Shown: in pieces, positions 45,252-53,809 of the stretch
Position numbering within the stretch: the stretch's first letter is position 1
Layout: each line of letters opens with the position of its first letter
Assembly: GCA_029288775.1 (NCBI GenBank)
Contig: JARIGQ010000004.1
Span: 3,303-67,302 of the forward strand
Reading direction: 5' to 3'
Origin: Candidatus Nomurabacteria bacterium
GTDB lineage: Bacteria > Patescibacteriota > Minisyncoccia > Phycocordibacterales > UBA5272
Length of the DNA stretch: 64,000 nucleotides
Notes under the pieces: model-generated
What the model saw: only the letters and a program-made list of their open reading frames with translations
Database searches by the model: none
Told to the model about the DNA's origin: nothing
Translations under genes and position numbers: made by a program

Positions 45252-45437
45252 ATGGTAGTACGAATGAGACACACCCGAGCGCATACGGCTAACCGTCGCT
45301 CACACCACGCGCTTAAGGCAGCGAACCTTGTTGCTTGCAAGAACTGTAACGCCATGAAGACTCCGCACCGCGTTTGTGACGCCTGCGGCTATTATCGTGG
45401 CCAGAAAGTGCTTACAATAAAGGCAAAGGTGCAGTAA
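45252..45437 (+). CDS. rpmF: 50S ribosomal protein L32
   Basis: RRSHHAL...CKNC...[13 protein letters not shown]. Confidence 0.95.
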   Translation: MVVRMRHTRAHTANRRSHHALKAANLVACKNCNAMKTPHRVCDACGYYRGQKVLTIKAKVQ

Positions 45438-45580
45438 ATTAAGTAGTTTCAGTATATACAGTGCCCAGTAAGTTGCATTAGGTAAGTAATTTCAGTAGCA
45501 CGATTACTGAGCCACTGAAACTACTGCATGCACTGGACTACTGAAATGTACTACCCTAATGGGCTATTGAAATGCACTGC
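45431..45580. repeat. CAGTA/TACTG palindromic array (copy D)
   Basis: Starts at the rpmF stop (CAGTAA). Forward arm ends GTAATTTCAGTAG; reverse arm TTACTGAGCCACTGAAACTACTGCATGCACTGGACTACTGAAATGTACTACCC. Confidence 0.85.
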
Positions 45581-45663
45581 CTCCACTTTCCACAATTTTC
45601 GTTTTTCTATCTGCACATGTGCGCTACACTATACTGATAAGTAAGTCATAGATCTTTTCCTTC

Positions 45664-46563
45664 ATGAGTACTCGCCACATAGCCCGAACACTCGCTCTCC
45701 AAACACTTTTTGAACTCGACATGAAAGGTGAGCTTGGCATTACTCAGGATGCCGTAGAGCCTATTCTTATACGCAATAGGGACGAGTTTGGCGAAGGCAT
45801 AAAGGATGCCTCATTTGCAAAAGATATTTTGACCAACGCTCTTTCGCGCCGTATCACTATTGATGACATTATTACACGTGCGGCTCCAGATTGGCCACTC
45901 GAAAAAATTAGTACCGTAGATAGGAACATTTTACGCATTGGACTTACCGAGCTTTTGTTTGGTGATCGCGGACAAGTTCCTCCGAAGGTAGCTATCGACG
46001 AAGCAATAGAACTTGCAAAAACCTATGGTGGAGAAACTTCGGGCCGCTTTGTAAACGGTGTACTCGGCGCTATATATAAGGAAATGGGCGAACCTGAAAA
46101 GGAACAGACCACTAAGACCAAATCCGAGCATATGAAATCCGCTCCGAAAGAAATGCTTGCGGGTGCGGTCGTCCTTTCGAAAACTGATGGCAAACTCCAT
46201 GTCGGACTTGTCCATGATGTGTTTGGTTATTGGACGCTTCCAAAAGGACGACTTGAAGAGGGAGAGGATTTGGAGAAGGGGGCAAAGCGTAAAATTGAAT
46301 CTGAAATCGGTATTCCAGTTACTATTATGGATAAGCTTGGTGAGAATGAATATATCGCTAATAAGCCGGAAACTGGAAAGGTGGTCAAGCATGTAAGCTA
46401 TTTCTTGGCTACCGCAAAATATATTCCGCTTCAGCTCGAAAAGAAGACTGGCCTTGATGATGCTAAGTGGTTTGATGCTGATGAAGTAAGTGAGCTTCGT
46501 ATTTATGATGACATTAAGCCGCTTATCGAAAAGGCACTGTCTCTTGCTGAAAAGATTGTATAA
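45664..46563 (+). CDS. nusB: Transcription antitermination factor NusB fused to a C-terminal NUDIX-fold domain
   Basis: RHIARTLALQTLF, VDRNILRIGLTEL, VAIDEAIELAKTYG...FVNGVLG; then AGAVV...WTLPKGRLEEGE...EIG. Confidence 0.92.
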   Translation: MSTRHIARTLALQTLFELDMKGELGITQDAVEPILIRNRDEFGEGIKDASFAKDILTNALSRRITIDDIITRAAPDWPLEKISTVDRNILRIGLTELLFGDRGQVPPKVAIDEAIELAKTYGGETSGRFVNGVLGAIYKEMGEPEKEQTTKTKSEHMKSAPKEMLAGAVVLSKTDGKLHVGLVHDVFGYWTLPKGRLEEGEDLEKGAKRKIESEIGIPVTIMDKLGENEYIANKPETGKVVKHVSYFLATAKYIPLQLEKKTGLDDAKWFDADEVSELRIYDDIKPLIEKALSLAEKIV

Positions 46564-46575
46564 TTCGGTGAATCT

Positions 46576-47268
46576 ATGACTCTTCAAGAATTTGAGCGCT
46601 CCATTTCAGTAACCTTCAAGAATAAGGCTCTTTTGGAGCAAGCGTTTATTCATCGTAGTTTTATTAATGAAAATCCAAGAAGCGGTTTGGAACATAATGA
46701 ACGCTTGGAATTTTTAGGGGATGCTGTCCTTGAGCTTGTGGTGACAGAATTTTTGTATGAAACCTATCCTCATCACAACGAAGGAGACCTGACCGCCTAC
46801 CGCTCAGCCCTTGTGAATGCGGTGACATTGGGCAAAGTGGCAGATGATCTTGGGTTTAACGATTTGATGAAGCTCTCCAAAGGAGAGGCGAAGGATGTGT
46901 CACGTGCGCGTTCGTCTATCTTGGCGGATGCGTACGAAGCATTCGTTGGGGCGCTTTATTTGGATCAAGGGTATAAAGAGGCAAAAGTATTTATTTCTAA
47001 AACGGTACTCATTAAAACAGAGGATATCGTCAAGCAAGGATTGTACAAGGATGCTAAAAGTTTCGTCCAAGAAAAAGCTCAAGAGGTGAGAAGTGTTACT
47101 CCTGCTTATCGTGTGCTTGGAGAGGAAGGGCCGGATCATGATAAACGATTCCGCGTAGGTATTTATTTTGGTGAAGAATTGATAAGTGAGGGTGTAGGTA
47201 AGAGCAAGCAAGAAGCAGAAACCGAAGCAGCTCGCGCCGCACTTATTAAAATGCAGTGGATGGAGTAA
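46576..47268 (+). CDS. rnc: Ribonuclease III
   Basis: AFIHRS, HNERLEFLGDAVL, ADAYEAFVGALYLDQG, dsRBD GPDHDKRF...GKSKQEAE. Confidence 0.97.
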   Translation: MTLQEFERSISVTFKNKALLEQAFIHRSFINENPRSGLEHNERLEFLGDAVLELVVTEFLYETYPHHNEGDLTAYRSALVNAVTLGKVADDLGFNDLMKLSKGEAKDVSRARSSILADAYEAFVGALYLDQGYKEAKVFISKTVLIKTEDIVKQGLYKDAKSFVQEKAQEVRSVTPAYRVLGEEGPDHDKRFRVGIYFGEELISEGVGKSKQEAETEAARAALIKMQWME

Positions 47269-47400
47269 ATACAGTATATACAGTAATTTCAGTGGCCCAG
47301 TAGGGTAGTACATTTCAGTAAATACAGTATTTAGTGGCACAATAGATACACTAAACCTAGTGGTTTCAGTTCGTTGCAGTGGTAGTTTTTGTAGTACACT
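47264..47400 (+). repeat. CAGTA array, left arm of copy E
   Basis: AGTAAATACAGTATATACAGTAATTTCAGTGGCCCAGTAGGGTAGTACATTTCAGTAAATACAGTATTTAGT, starting at the rnc stop. Confidence 0.85.
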
Positions 47401-47406
47401 TTGTGA

Positions 47407-47766
47407 ATGCTGGAGTATAAAGATCTGATTGTTTGGCAAAAGGCTTTTGATCTGTCATTGCATATTTACAAAGCAACTGAACAATTTCCGGAGGTAGAAA
47501 AATTTGGTTTGCAATCACAAATGCGAAGAGCTGCTGTTTCTATCCCTTCTAACATTGCCGAAGGTAGTCGACGTGGAACTCATAAAGATTATATTTCTTT
47601 TCTTAGAGTTGCCGACGGGTCTGCGGCAGAATTGGAGACACAATTGTTGTTGGCTCATGCATTAAAGTATATGTCTGAACCTCAATTTACCACTTCGCAG
47701 GAACTTCTTATGGAAGTACGCAAAATGCTGCCTTCAGTGATAGGTAGGTTGCAATCTTCTTCTTAA
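47407..47766 (+). CDS. Four-helix-bundle protein (23S rRNA IVP / Avd-like family)
   Basis: YKDLIVWQKA...IYKATEQFP..EKFGL.SQMRRAAVSIPSNIAEG...FL..A.GS.AELETQL, the typical family signature. Confidence 0.93.
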   Translation: MLEYKDLIVWQKAFDLSLHIYKATEQFPEVEKFGLQSQMRRAAVSIPSNIAEGSRRGTHKDYISFLRVADGSAAELETQLLLAHALKYMSEPQFTTSQELLMEVRKMLPSVIGRLQSSS

Positions 47767-47820
47767 ATGTACTATAGTACTGAAACTACTGTGTTTACTG
47801 AAATTACTTTATTTTTACTT
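47765..47820 (-). repeat. TACTG array, right arm of copy E
   Basis: AAATGTACTATAGTACTGAAACTACTGTGTTTACTGAAATTACTTT, in reverse orientation to the left arm. Confidence 0.85.
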
Positions 47821-47822
47821 GT

Positions 47823-48554
47823 ATGCGTTTAGATCAGGCGCTTGTAACACGTGCTTTATGCGAATCACGCACAGAAGCGCAGGAGCTTATCGAAAAGTCA
47901 TTGGTGCTTGTAAATGGGGTGATTGTTACTAAGCAAACAAAGGCAATCAAGGATACGGATGAATTGAGCGTACAAGGAAAGCGAAGTTTTGTATCCCGGG
48001 GAGGGGAGAAACTTAAAGGTATTCTGCAGGATATTTATGGAGATGAGGAAGTCATACAAAGCCAGGTGCAAGGAAAACAGGCACTTGATATTGGTTCATC
48101 TACCGGCGGGTTTACGGATTGCTTGCTTTCGTATGGAGCTGCGCACGTTGATGCGGTTGATGTGGGCACAGACCAATTTCATGCTCGATTACGAGGAGAT
48201 ACACGAATTACGCTTTTTGAATCTACAGACATACGTGCATTCCAAGCTTCCCGTGAGTATGATATCGTGGTTGCTGATCTTTCTTTTATTTCCCTTGAGC
48301 CTTTGTTTGAAACTATTCTTTCTTTTGGAAAAAATGGAACGGCATTTTTTCTTCTCATTAAGCCGCAGTTTGAAGTGGGGAAAGGAAATACGAAAAAAGG
48401 CATTGTAAAAGATATGGAGCTTGTGCTTTCACTTCTTAAAAAATATGAAGTCATCGCCAAATTACATGGAATGACTGATTTACAAATACTTCCGTGTCAT
48501 ATTCAGGGAGGTGAGGGTAATCAGGAATTTTTCTTATACGGAGTGTGTGCATAA
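47823..48554 (+). CDS. tlyA: TlyA family rRNA methyltransferase
   Basis: MRLDQAL S4 domain, FVSRGGEKL, LDIGSSTGGFTD, DLSFISL, LIKPQFE. Confidence 0.95.
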   Translation: MRLDQALVTRALCESRTEAQELIEKSLVLVNGVIVTKQTKAIKDTDELSVQGKRSFVSRGGEKLKGILQDIYGDEEVIQSQVQGKQALDIGSSTGGFTDCLLSYGAAHVDAVDVGTDQFHARLRGDTRITLFESTDIRAFQASREYDIVVADLSFISLEPLFETILSFGKNGTAFFLLIKPQFEVGKGNTKKGIVKDMELVLSLLKKYEVIAKLHGMTDLQILPCHIQGGEGNQEFFLYGVCA

Positions 48555-48555
48555 G

Positions 48556-48597
48556 ATGCAAAGCAAAACCGCCCTTCCGGGCGGTTTTGCTTTGCAT
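48556..48597. terminator. Bidirectional terminator between convergent tlyA and the RRM gene
   Basis: Perfect 19-bp stem ATGCAAAGCAAAACCGCCC-ttcc-GGGCGGTTTTGCTTTGCAT. Confidence 0.88.
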
Positions 48598-48615
48598 TAA
48601 TCTGCTGCAGACAGA

Positions 48616-48897
48616 TTAGAATGCGCGACGTGGACGATCCTCTCGCGGAGCGAGTGGACGCGCGATGTTCACCGTAAGACGGCGACCCTGGAAATCCTGG
48701 TCATGGAACATAGCGATAGCCTTTTGAGCCTCTTCTTCAGACGCCATCTCAACGAAGCCGAAGCCCTTTGAGCGGTTAGTCATCTTGTCGATAATGATTT
48801 GAGCAGAAGTTACAGTTCCAGCTGCGCTGAAATGCGCCTTAAGATCCTCATTTGTAGAAGAGTAAGGTATTCCACCTACGTAAAGTTTTGAATTCAT
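48616..48897 (-). CDS. RRM (RNP-1) RNA-binding protein
   Basis: KLYVGGI (RNP2) and RSKGFGFVEM (RNP1). Confidence 0.95.
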   Translation of the reverse strand: MNSKLYVGGIPYSSTNEDLKAHFSAAGTVTSAQIIIDKMTNRSKGFGFVEMASEEEAQKAIAMFHDQDFQGRRLTVNIARPLAPREDRPRRAF

Positions 48898-48991
48898 TGA
48901 TGTAGAAACTAATTGTTAACAATAAGCCCTAGCACACATTCCTAAAAACGTGGAGTTGCTTATGATCTCATACTACCACATCTAGGGTAAA

Positions 48992-49143
48992 TAGTAAACA
49001 CAGTGGGGTAGTAATTTTAGTAGCCCAGTGTATGCAGTAAATGCAGCACATTTCAGTAATGCGATGATGAATGTACTGAAATTACTACCTAAGGGTATCT
49101 ACTGTGTCACTGGGTGTACTGCCCCACTGGGTCTACTTGCATT
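48992..49143. repeat. CAGTA/TACTG palindromic array (copy F)
   Basis: AGTAAACACAGTGGGGTAGTAATTTTAGTAGCCCAGTGTATGCAGTAAATGCAG...TTTCAGTAATGCGA...GTACTGAAATTACTACC...TACTGTGTCACTGGGTGTACTGCCCCACTGGGTCTACT; abuts the ABC-F stop. Confidence 0.85.
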
Positions 49144-50618
49144 TATAGTTTGCCGAGATCAAGCGTCTGGGTAATACCAAGTTCTCGTACGAATTCTCCT
49201 ACGTGGGATACGACAATAATCGGTCCTTCGAAGTTTTTTATTGCTTCGGCGATTACGGGGATGTGGCGGAAGTTGATATGGTTTGTCGGTTCGTCTAAGA
49301 TGAGGAGTCCTGGTTCTTGGAGACGAAGGTAGGCAAACATAAGGAGTCCTTTTTGGCCTTCTGAAAGAAGTCCAATTTTGGAAGCGAGTTGTTCTGCACC
49401 TAAAAGCATGGATGCGGCGACGCGGCGAATGAGCTGATCATCGAGCTTTTTCAATACCTTGGCAAGTTCTTGGTAGGCGCTTTTGTCGAAATCAAGCGTA
49501 GAGAAGTCCTGACGGTAATAGCCAATGCGTATTCCTTCTTTTACGCTGACGCCTTTTTCGGTACCTTTGGCAATCTTTTCAAGAAGCGTGGTTTTTCCAA
49601 TACCGTTGGGTCCTACGATATGGAGCTTGTCACCTTTGCGAAGTTCAAGCTCAACATTTCGCTTTACGGGAGTGCCATCATGCAATACTTCAACCGATTC
49701 AAAGCGTACGATAACCGAACCAATATCTTCCTGACATTTAATGTCGAATGGTCTGATGGTACGGTCTTCCTTTCGTACATCCACCTTGTCTTCTTCCATT
49801 TCATCGATTTCATCACGGAGCTTAGCGGCAAGTTTTCGCATCTTACCTCCTTTGTGCGCGAAGAAGTTCACTTTTTCCTTGTTGCTTAGAATTTCCTTTT
49901 CGAGCTGGGCATTGGCACGCTGTTCGCGTTCCACTTGGCGCTTGATATCTTCTACTACTTTGTAGTAATTACCTACATACTGTTCTACTTTACGATTTTG
50001 AGTATTGATATAGAGGACACCATGAGTAAAGGCATTGAGGAAGGGAGCATCGTGAGAAATAACAAGTACGGTGCCCGGGTAATTTTTGAGGAAATCTGTA
50101 AGCAGGGCAATGCCAGCCTTATCCAAATTGTTGGTTGGTTCATCCAACAGCAAAATATCTGGATTTTGGATGAGCGCTTGCGCGATGAGAAGGCGTCCTT
50201 TTTGTCCACCTGAGAGTTCTTTGATGGTACGATCAAGCGGCACGTTCAATTGCACTTCGGTAAAGACTTCCTTGGCGCGCTTATCAATATCGTAGATCTT
50301 TTCGTCAAAAGCCTTTTCCAAGAATTGTCGCACAGTAAGATGCCACTGCGAGTGGGGGATGAATTGTTTAGCAATTGCTACATGCAAATCCTGTCCAATA
50401 ATAATGCGGCCTTCATCGGCTTTGCGTTCACCCATAATAAGCGAAAAGAGCGTGGACTTACCGGCGCCGTTTTGCCCCATAAGCGTGAGCTTGGTTCCTT
50501 TGCGTACAACAAAATTCGCCTCATCTAAGATGCGTTTGTTTTCGCCAAAGTTAAAGATGACGTCTTCGAAGCGAAGCACTGCTTCACCTCCTTGTGGAAT
50601 TGCTTTTTCGACTGCCAT
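49143..50618 (-). CDS. ABC-F family ATPase (ribosome-associated)
   Basis: Two NBDs (GQNGAGKST, LSGGQ, LLLDEPTNNLD; GPNGIGKTT, LSEGQ, LILDEPTNH) and no TM segments. Confidence 0.93.
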   Translation of the reverse strand: MAVEKAIPQGGEAVLRFEDVIFNFGENKRILDEANFVVRKGTKLTLMGQNGAGKSTLFSLIMGERKADEGRIIIGQDLHVAIAKQFIPHSQWHLTVRQFLEKAFDEKIYDIDKRAKEVFTEVQLNVPLDRTIKELSGGQKGRLLIAQALIQNPDILLLDEPTNNLDKAGIALLTDFLKNYPGTVLVISHDAPFLNAFTHGVLYINTQNRKVEQYVGNYYKVVEDIKRQVEREQRANAQLEKEILSNKEKVNFFAHKGGKMRKLAAKLRDEIDEMEEDKVDVRKEDRTIRPFDIKCQEDIGSVIVRFESVEVLHDGTPVKRNVELELRKGDKLHIVGPNGIGKTTLLEKIAKGTEKGVSVKEGIRIGYYRQDFSTLDFDKSAYQELAKVLKKLDDQLIRRVAASMLLGAEQLASKIGLLSEGQKGLLMFAYLRLQEPGLLILDEPTNHINFRHIPVIAEAIKNFEGPIIVVSHVGEFVRELGITQTLDLGKL

Positions 50619-50718
50619 ATAAAGAGAAATGCCCACGTGGGCAGCTCGTCTATAGTAACACATTTTCCTTCTTTTGTCAGTTCTGTTGAACGGCTGCTCC
50701 TCACTGTATACTTATTTT

Positions 50719-51582
50719 ATGGAACCTCTCAAAGATATCGTTATTTTCTATCATGCTCATTGTTATGACGGATTTGGCGCAGCATATGCGGCGTGGAAAA
50801 AATATGGAGATAATGCTTCCTATATTCCAGCTCTTCACCTAAAGGTGGATGACTACCCTGAAGGAGTTGTTGATAGAGAAGTGTATGTTCTTGATTTTTG
50901 TTTTAGTGAGCGGATTACACGTGAGCTTCTAGAGAAGAATAAAAAAGTAGTAGTGCTTGATCATCATGAGAGTGTGAAGCAGCTCGTACAAAGCCTGCCC
51001 GACCATGTCTATTCTGAAACCGATTCTGGAGCAAAGATCGCATGGAAGTTTTTTCAAGGAGAGACAGTGCCAAAGCTTATTGAGTACATTTCGGATAGTG
51101 ATACCTGGGCTCATGCTTTACCTCATTATCAGGAAATAGAAGCGTATATTCATGTCCACGAACTAGATTTTGGCGTTTTTGAGGAATTGCAAAAAGAATT
51201 AGAAACTAATCAGGGAGCTGCAATCGAAAAAGGAAAAGTGCTCACTAAACAATTTACTCAATTAGTTCAGGAACACATGGATAAAGCCATGCTTGTAGAG
51301 TTTGAAGGCTATCAAGTATATGCCGTAAATGCCTCATCTTTTTTGCGAAGTGAGCTTGGACATCAACTCGCTCTTAAGAAAGGACCATTCTCTATTGTGT
51401 ACCGGTTTGAGCGGGATGTGCTCAGGGTCTCTTTGCGAGGTGATGGAAGTATAAATTGTACAGACCTTGCTCTAAAGTACGGTGGAGGGGGTCATCATGA
51501 TGCGGCGGCTATTATTATGAAGAATAGAAACCCTTTGCCATTTAAAATAGTGGACAATCCTTACGAACATACCGAGAAGTAA
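50719..51582 (+). CDS. DHH/DHHA1 phosphoesterase (nanoRNase-like)
   Basis: YHAHCYDG, LDF, LDHH, SLR, YGGGGHHDAA. Confidence 0.9.
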   Translation: MEPLKDIVIFYHAHCYDGFGAAYAAWKKYGDNASYIPALHLKVDDYPEGVVDREVYVLDFCFSERITRELLEKNKKVVVLDHHESVKQLVQSLPDHVYSETDSGAKIAWKFFQGETVPKLIEYISDSDTWAHALPHYQEIEAYIHVHELDFGVFEELQKELETNQGAAIEKGKVLTKQFTQLVQEHMDKAMLVEFEGYQVYAVNASSFLRSELGHQLALKKGPFSIVYRFERDVLRVSLRGDGSINCTDLALKYGGGGHHDAAAIIMKNRNPLPFKIVDNPYEHTEK

Positions 51583-51599
51583 AGGTATACTCATCTGTA

Positions 51600-52094
51600 A
51601 TGTATCAAGTACTTGTTGTAGGTTTAAGCGTCCTTTTTGTGTTTATGGGTGGATATTTTATTCGTACTGCCGACGGCCAAGGTATTGTTATGTCCGCTTT
51701 TGAGCAACAAAGAAGCGATACAATGATTCCCGGAGCTACATCTTCTTCTGGAGGTACGACTGGAAAGTATATATGTGATGAACATCAAGGTTGTCCTGAT
51801 GTGGCTGCATTGTATCTAGGTAAGGATAAGTCAGCACATTTGGTTACCACCTTTACAGAGGGGGGAGAGACACTTGATGAACATGGTTTATGGCGGAAGG
51901 CTAAAGGAGTAGTCATTATTGATTTCTCTGGAAATACCGAAGGAGAGTATGACCATCCTACTACGCGTCGTTTTAAAATAACTGCTTCAACCACACTTCG
52001 TGAAGTACAAGCTACCTCATCAAACGAATATGAAGCTCTTGTGTTTGAAAAAGAAAGCGATGAAGAGTCGGTTCTCCAAGGAGATGCTTTTTAA
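51600..52094 (+). CDS. Membrane-anchored hypothetical protein, possibly NlpE-N-like
   Basis: N-terminal TM; C-x5-C followed by L.L.KD.SA.L...F.....E.G.W. The resemblance to NlpE is tentative. Confidence 0.5.
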   Translation: MYQVLVVGLSVLFVFMGGYFIRTADGQGIVMSAFEQQRSDTMIPGATSSSGGTTGKYICDEHQGCPDVAALYLGKDKSAHLVTTFTEGGETLDEHGLWRKAKGVVIIDFSGNTEGEYDHPTTRRFKITASTTLREVQATSSNEYEALVFEKESDEESVLQGDAF

Positions 52095-52168
52095 GAAGAT
52101 TTTTCTTGCGCTTAAAATCTCAAGCAATATAAGGTAAATGGGGTCTTTACCACATGTGGATTTTATTT

Positions 52169-52195
52169 TGTAAGATATAGAATGAAGGTATCGTC
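52169..52195 (+). promoter_or_regulatory. ECF-type promoter TGTAAGA-N16-CGTC
   Basis: Motif shared with six other sites in the window; upstream of the KGG gene. Confidence 0.7.
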
Positions 52196-52245
52196 ATTAA
52201 AAATGGTCGCACAATGAGAGTTAACAGATAAGACCGACCATCCTA

Positions 52246-52434
52246 ATGACTATGGCAAACAATAATCAGAACAACAATAGCAACTCAAAGCGCGGACTTG
52301 CATCAGCTGACGAACAGACTCGCAAGCGCGTGGCAAGTGAAGGAGGAAAAGCATCAGCAGAATCACGCCGCAATGATCGCAACAATAGCAATGGCGGAAA
52401 CGGAGGAGGTGGTAATGGCGGAAACAATCGATAA
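52246..52434 (+). CDS. KGG-repeat general stress protein (GsiB/YciG-like)
   Basis: RGLASADEQTRKRVASEGGKAS; hydrophilic, N/G-rich. Confidence 0.8.
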   Translation: MTMANNNQNNNSNSKRGLASADEQTRKRVASEGGKASAESRRNDRNNSNGGNGGGGNGGNNR

Positions 52435-52450
52435 GCCTCACAAAGCTTGC

Positions 52451-52477
52451 GAAAGCACCCCTGTAAAGGGTGCTTTC
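52451..52477 (+). terminator. Terminator after the KGG gene
   Basis: GAAAGCACCC-N7-GGGTGCTTTC followed by a T-rich run. Confidence 0.7.
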
Positions 52478-52582
52478 TTGCTTTCACTTATCCACTGGCT
52501 AAGTGGCATGGGGTCGCTACACTTAAAGAATAGGGATCTCGTATCCTTCAGGTCGGAGATCCTTGAATTTTAAACTAACACT

Positions 52583-52783
52583 ATGCTCTCACAACTCGCT
52601 CGTATCTTGGTGATTGTTGGAGGCCTTAACTGGGGCCTAGTAGGTCTCGGTTCTCTTATGAGCTCTGGAAGCGACTGGAATGTCGTTCACATGCTCTTGG
52701 GTAGTTGGCCAATGTTAGAAGCTATTGTCTATCTCTTGGTAGGTCTTTCAGCTATCTACATGATTTGGGATTCCATGCGCTAA
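52583..52783 (+). CDS. DUF378 family small membrane protein
   Basis: LVIVGGLNWGLVG...IVYLLVGLSA. Confidence 0.9.
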   Translation: MLSQLARILVIVGGLNWGLVGLGSLMSSGSDWNVVHMLLGSWPMLEAIVYLLVGLSAIYMIWDSMR

Positions 52784-52795
52784 GATTGGAAGTAA

Positions 52796-52830
52796 AATAG
52801 TAAATCGCGCTTTAGGCGCGATTTACTATT
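52796..52830. terminator. Terminator after DUF378
   Basis: AATAGTAAATCGCGC-tttag-GCGCGATTTACTATT. Confidence 0.75.
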
Positions 52831-52898
52831 CCCAAAAGGAGGATCTTGCTAAGGTTAGAGGTTTTTAGTATGATACAAAGCACATTTGAGGCTTTCGC

Positions 52899-52970
52899 TC
52901 CGCAGTAGCTCAGCGGTAGAGCAGCGCGCTGTTAACGCGTTGGTCGTAGGTTCGATCCCTACCTGCGGAG
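52899..52970 (+). tRNA. tRNA-Asn (GTT), CCA not encoded
   Basis: Acceptor TCCGCAG/CTGCGGA, D arm GCTC/GAGC, anticodon loop CTGTTAA, T loop TTCGATC. Confidence 0.96.
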
Positions 52971-52984
52971 CAAAAGTCTTGAGT

Positions 52985-53015
52985 CAAAAATACCCGCCCA
53001 AAGCGGGTATTTTTG
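52985..53015 (+). terminator. Terminator after tRNA-Asn
   Basis: CAAAAATACCCGC-ccaaa-GCGGGTATTTTTG. Confidence 0.8.
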
Positions 53016-53059
53016 TATTTTGGTCTCATAGAAAAAGCCAAAGTACTCCATTGTACTCC

Positions 53060-53086
53060 TGTAATTTCTCTATTTCTTTCTTCGTC
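53060..53086 (+). promoter_or_regulatory. ECF-type promoter TGTAATT-N16-CGTC
   Basis: Shared motif, 42 nt upstream of ATG 53129. Confidence 0.65.
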
Positions 53087-53128
53087 ACAAAGAGAGTAAC
53101 CAGGATTAATTAGCACTAGTACTCAACC

Positions 53129-53809
53129 ATGGACTATACAACTACTACATACACTCCGGGAATTGGTCAACAATTTACCGCTTCGCTTCAAAATGTGTTC
53201 TATACGTTTCTTTTGTTCCTTCCTAAACTTGTCGCTGCAATTATTATTTTTATCGTGGGCTATGTTTTGGCAGTAGTGCTTGCCAAAGTAGTACGACGAA
53301 TTGTTGCTTTTAGTCGTATCGACAGAGTAGTGCAAGATGTGGAAACTCATTCTCATCTACGAAGTGCAGGAATTCATTTCATTCCTTCCGTCGTGCTTGG
53401 TGTGATTACAAAATGGCTCGTTATGATTGCTACACTGGTAACCATTGCCGGAGTACTTAACCTCCAACAGATCAATCTCTTTTTGAATCAGCTCCTCCTG
53501 TATATTCCTAATATTCTAGTTGCGATTGTTATTGTTACCGTCGGATTTATTGTGGGGGATTTCTTGGAACGGTTGGTTAAAGGAATGCAGTTCTCAAGTA
53601 TTAGCCTTGGGGATAAACAAGTTATTTCGTTGGTGGCCAAGTACGGAACGGTCATCTTTGCAATTACCGCTGCGCTCGTACAATTAAAGATTGCAACTTC
53701 TCTTATTCAAATGCTCTTTGGAGGGCTTGTGCTTACTCTTACACTTGCCTTTGGTTTGGGTGGACGAGAGCATGCCGCTAAACTTCTCGATAAAGTCTAT
53801 CCGCGATAG
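53129..53809 (+). CDS. MscS-associated conserved TM-helix protein (CmpX-like)
   Basis: FLPKLVAAIIIFIVG and YIPNILVAIVI repeats; LAFGLGGRE. Confidence 0.85.
   Translation: MDYTTTTYTPGIGQQFTASLQNVFYTFLLFLPKLVAAIIIFIVGYVLAVVLAKVVRRIVAFSRIDRVVQDVETHSHLRSAGIHFIPSVVLGVITKWLVMIATLVTIAGVLNLQQINLFLNQLLLYIPNILVAIVIVTVGFIVGDFLERLVKGMQFSSISLGDKQVISLVAKYGTVIFAITAALVQLKIATSLIQMLFGGLVLTLTLAFGLGGREHAAKLLDKVYPR

Noticed and set aside
47407-47766. Diversity-generating retroelement (Avd-like gene near a giant adhesin)
   Set aside because: No reverse transcriptase in the window, and I saw no TR/VR pair differing only at adenines. Cassette differences in the giant gene are not adenine-specific.
42361-49143. CRISPR array
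   Set aside because: Units are ~9 bp, degenerate and contiguous, with no unique spacers; no cas genes are present.
52899-52970. tRNA-Asn as the integration site of an island
   Set aside because: No integrase, and no duplicated tRNA 3' end seen in the window.
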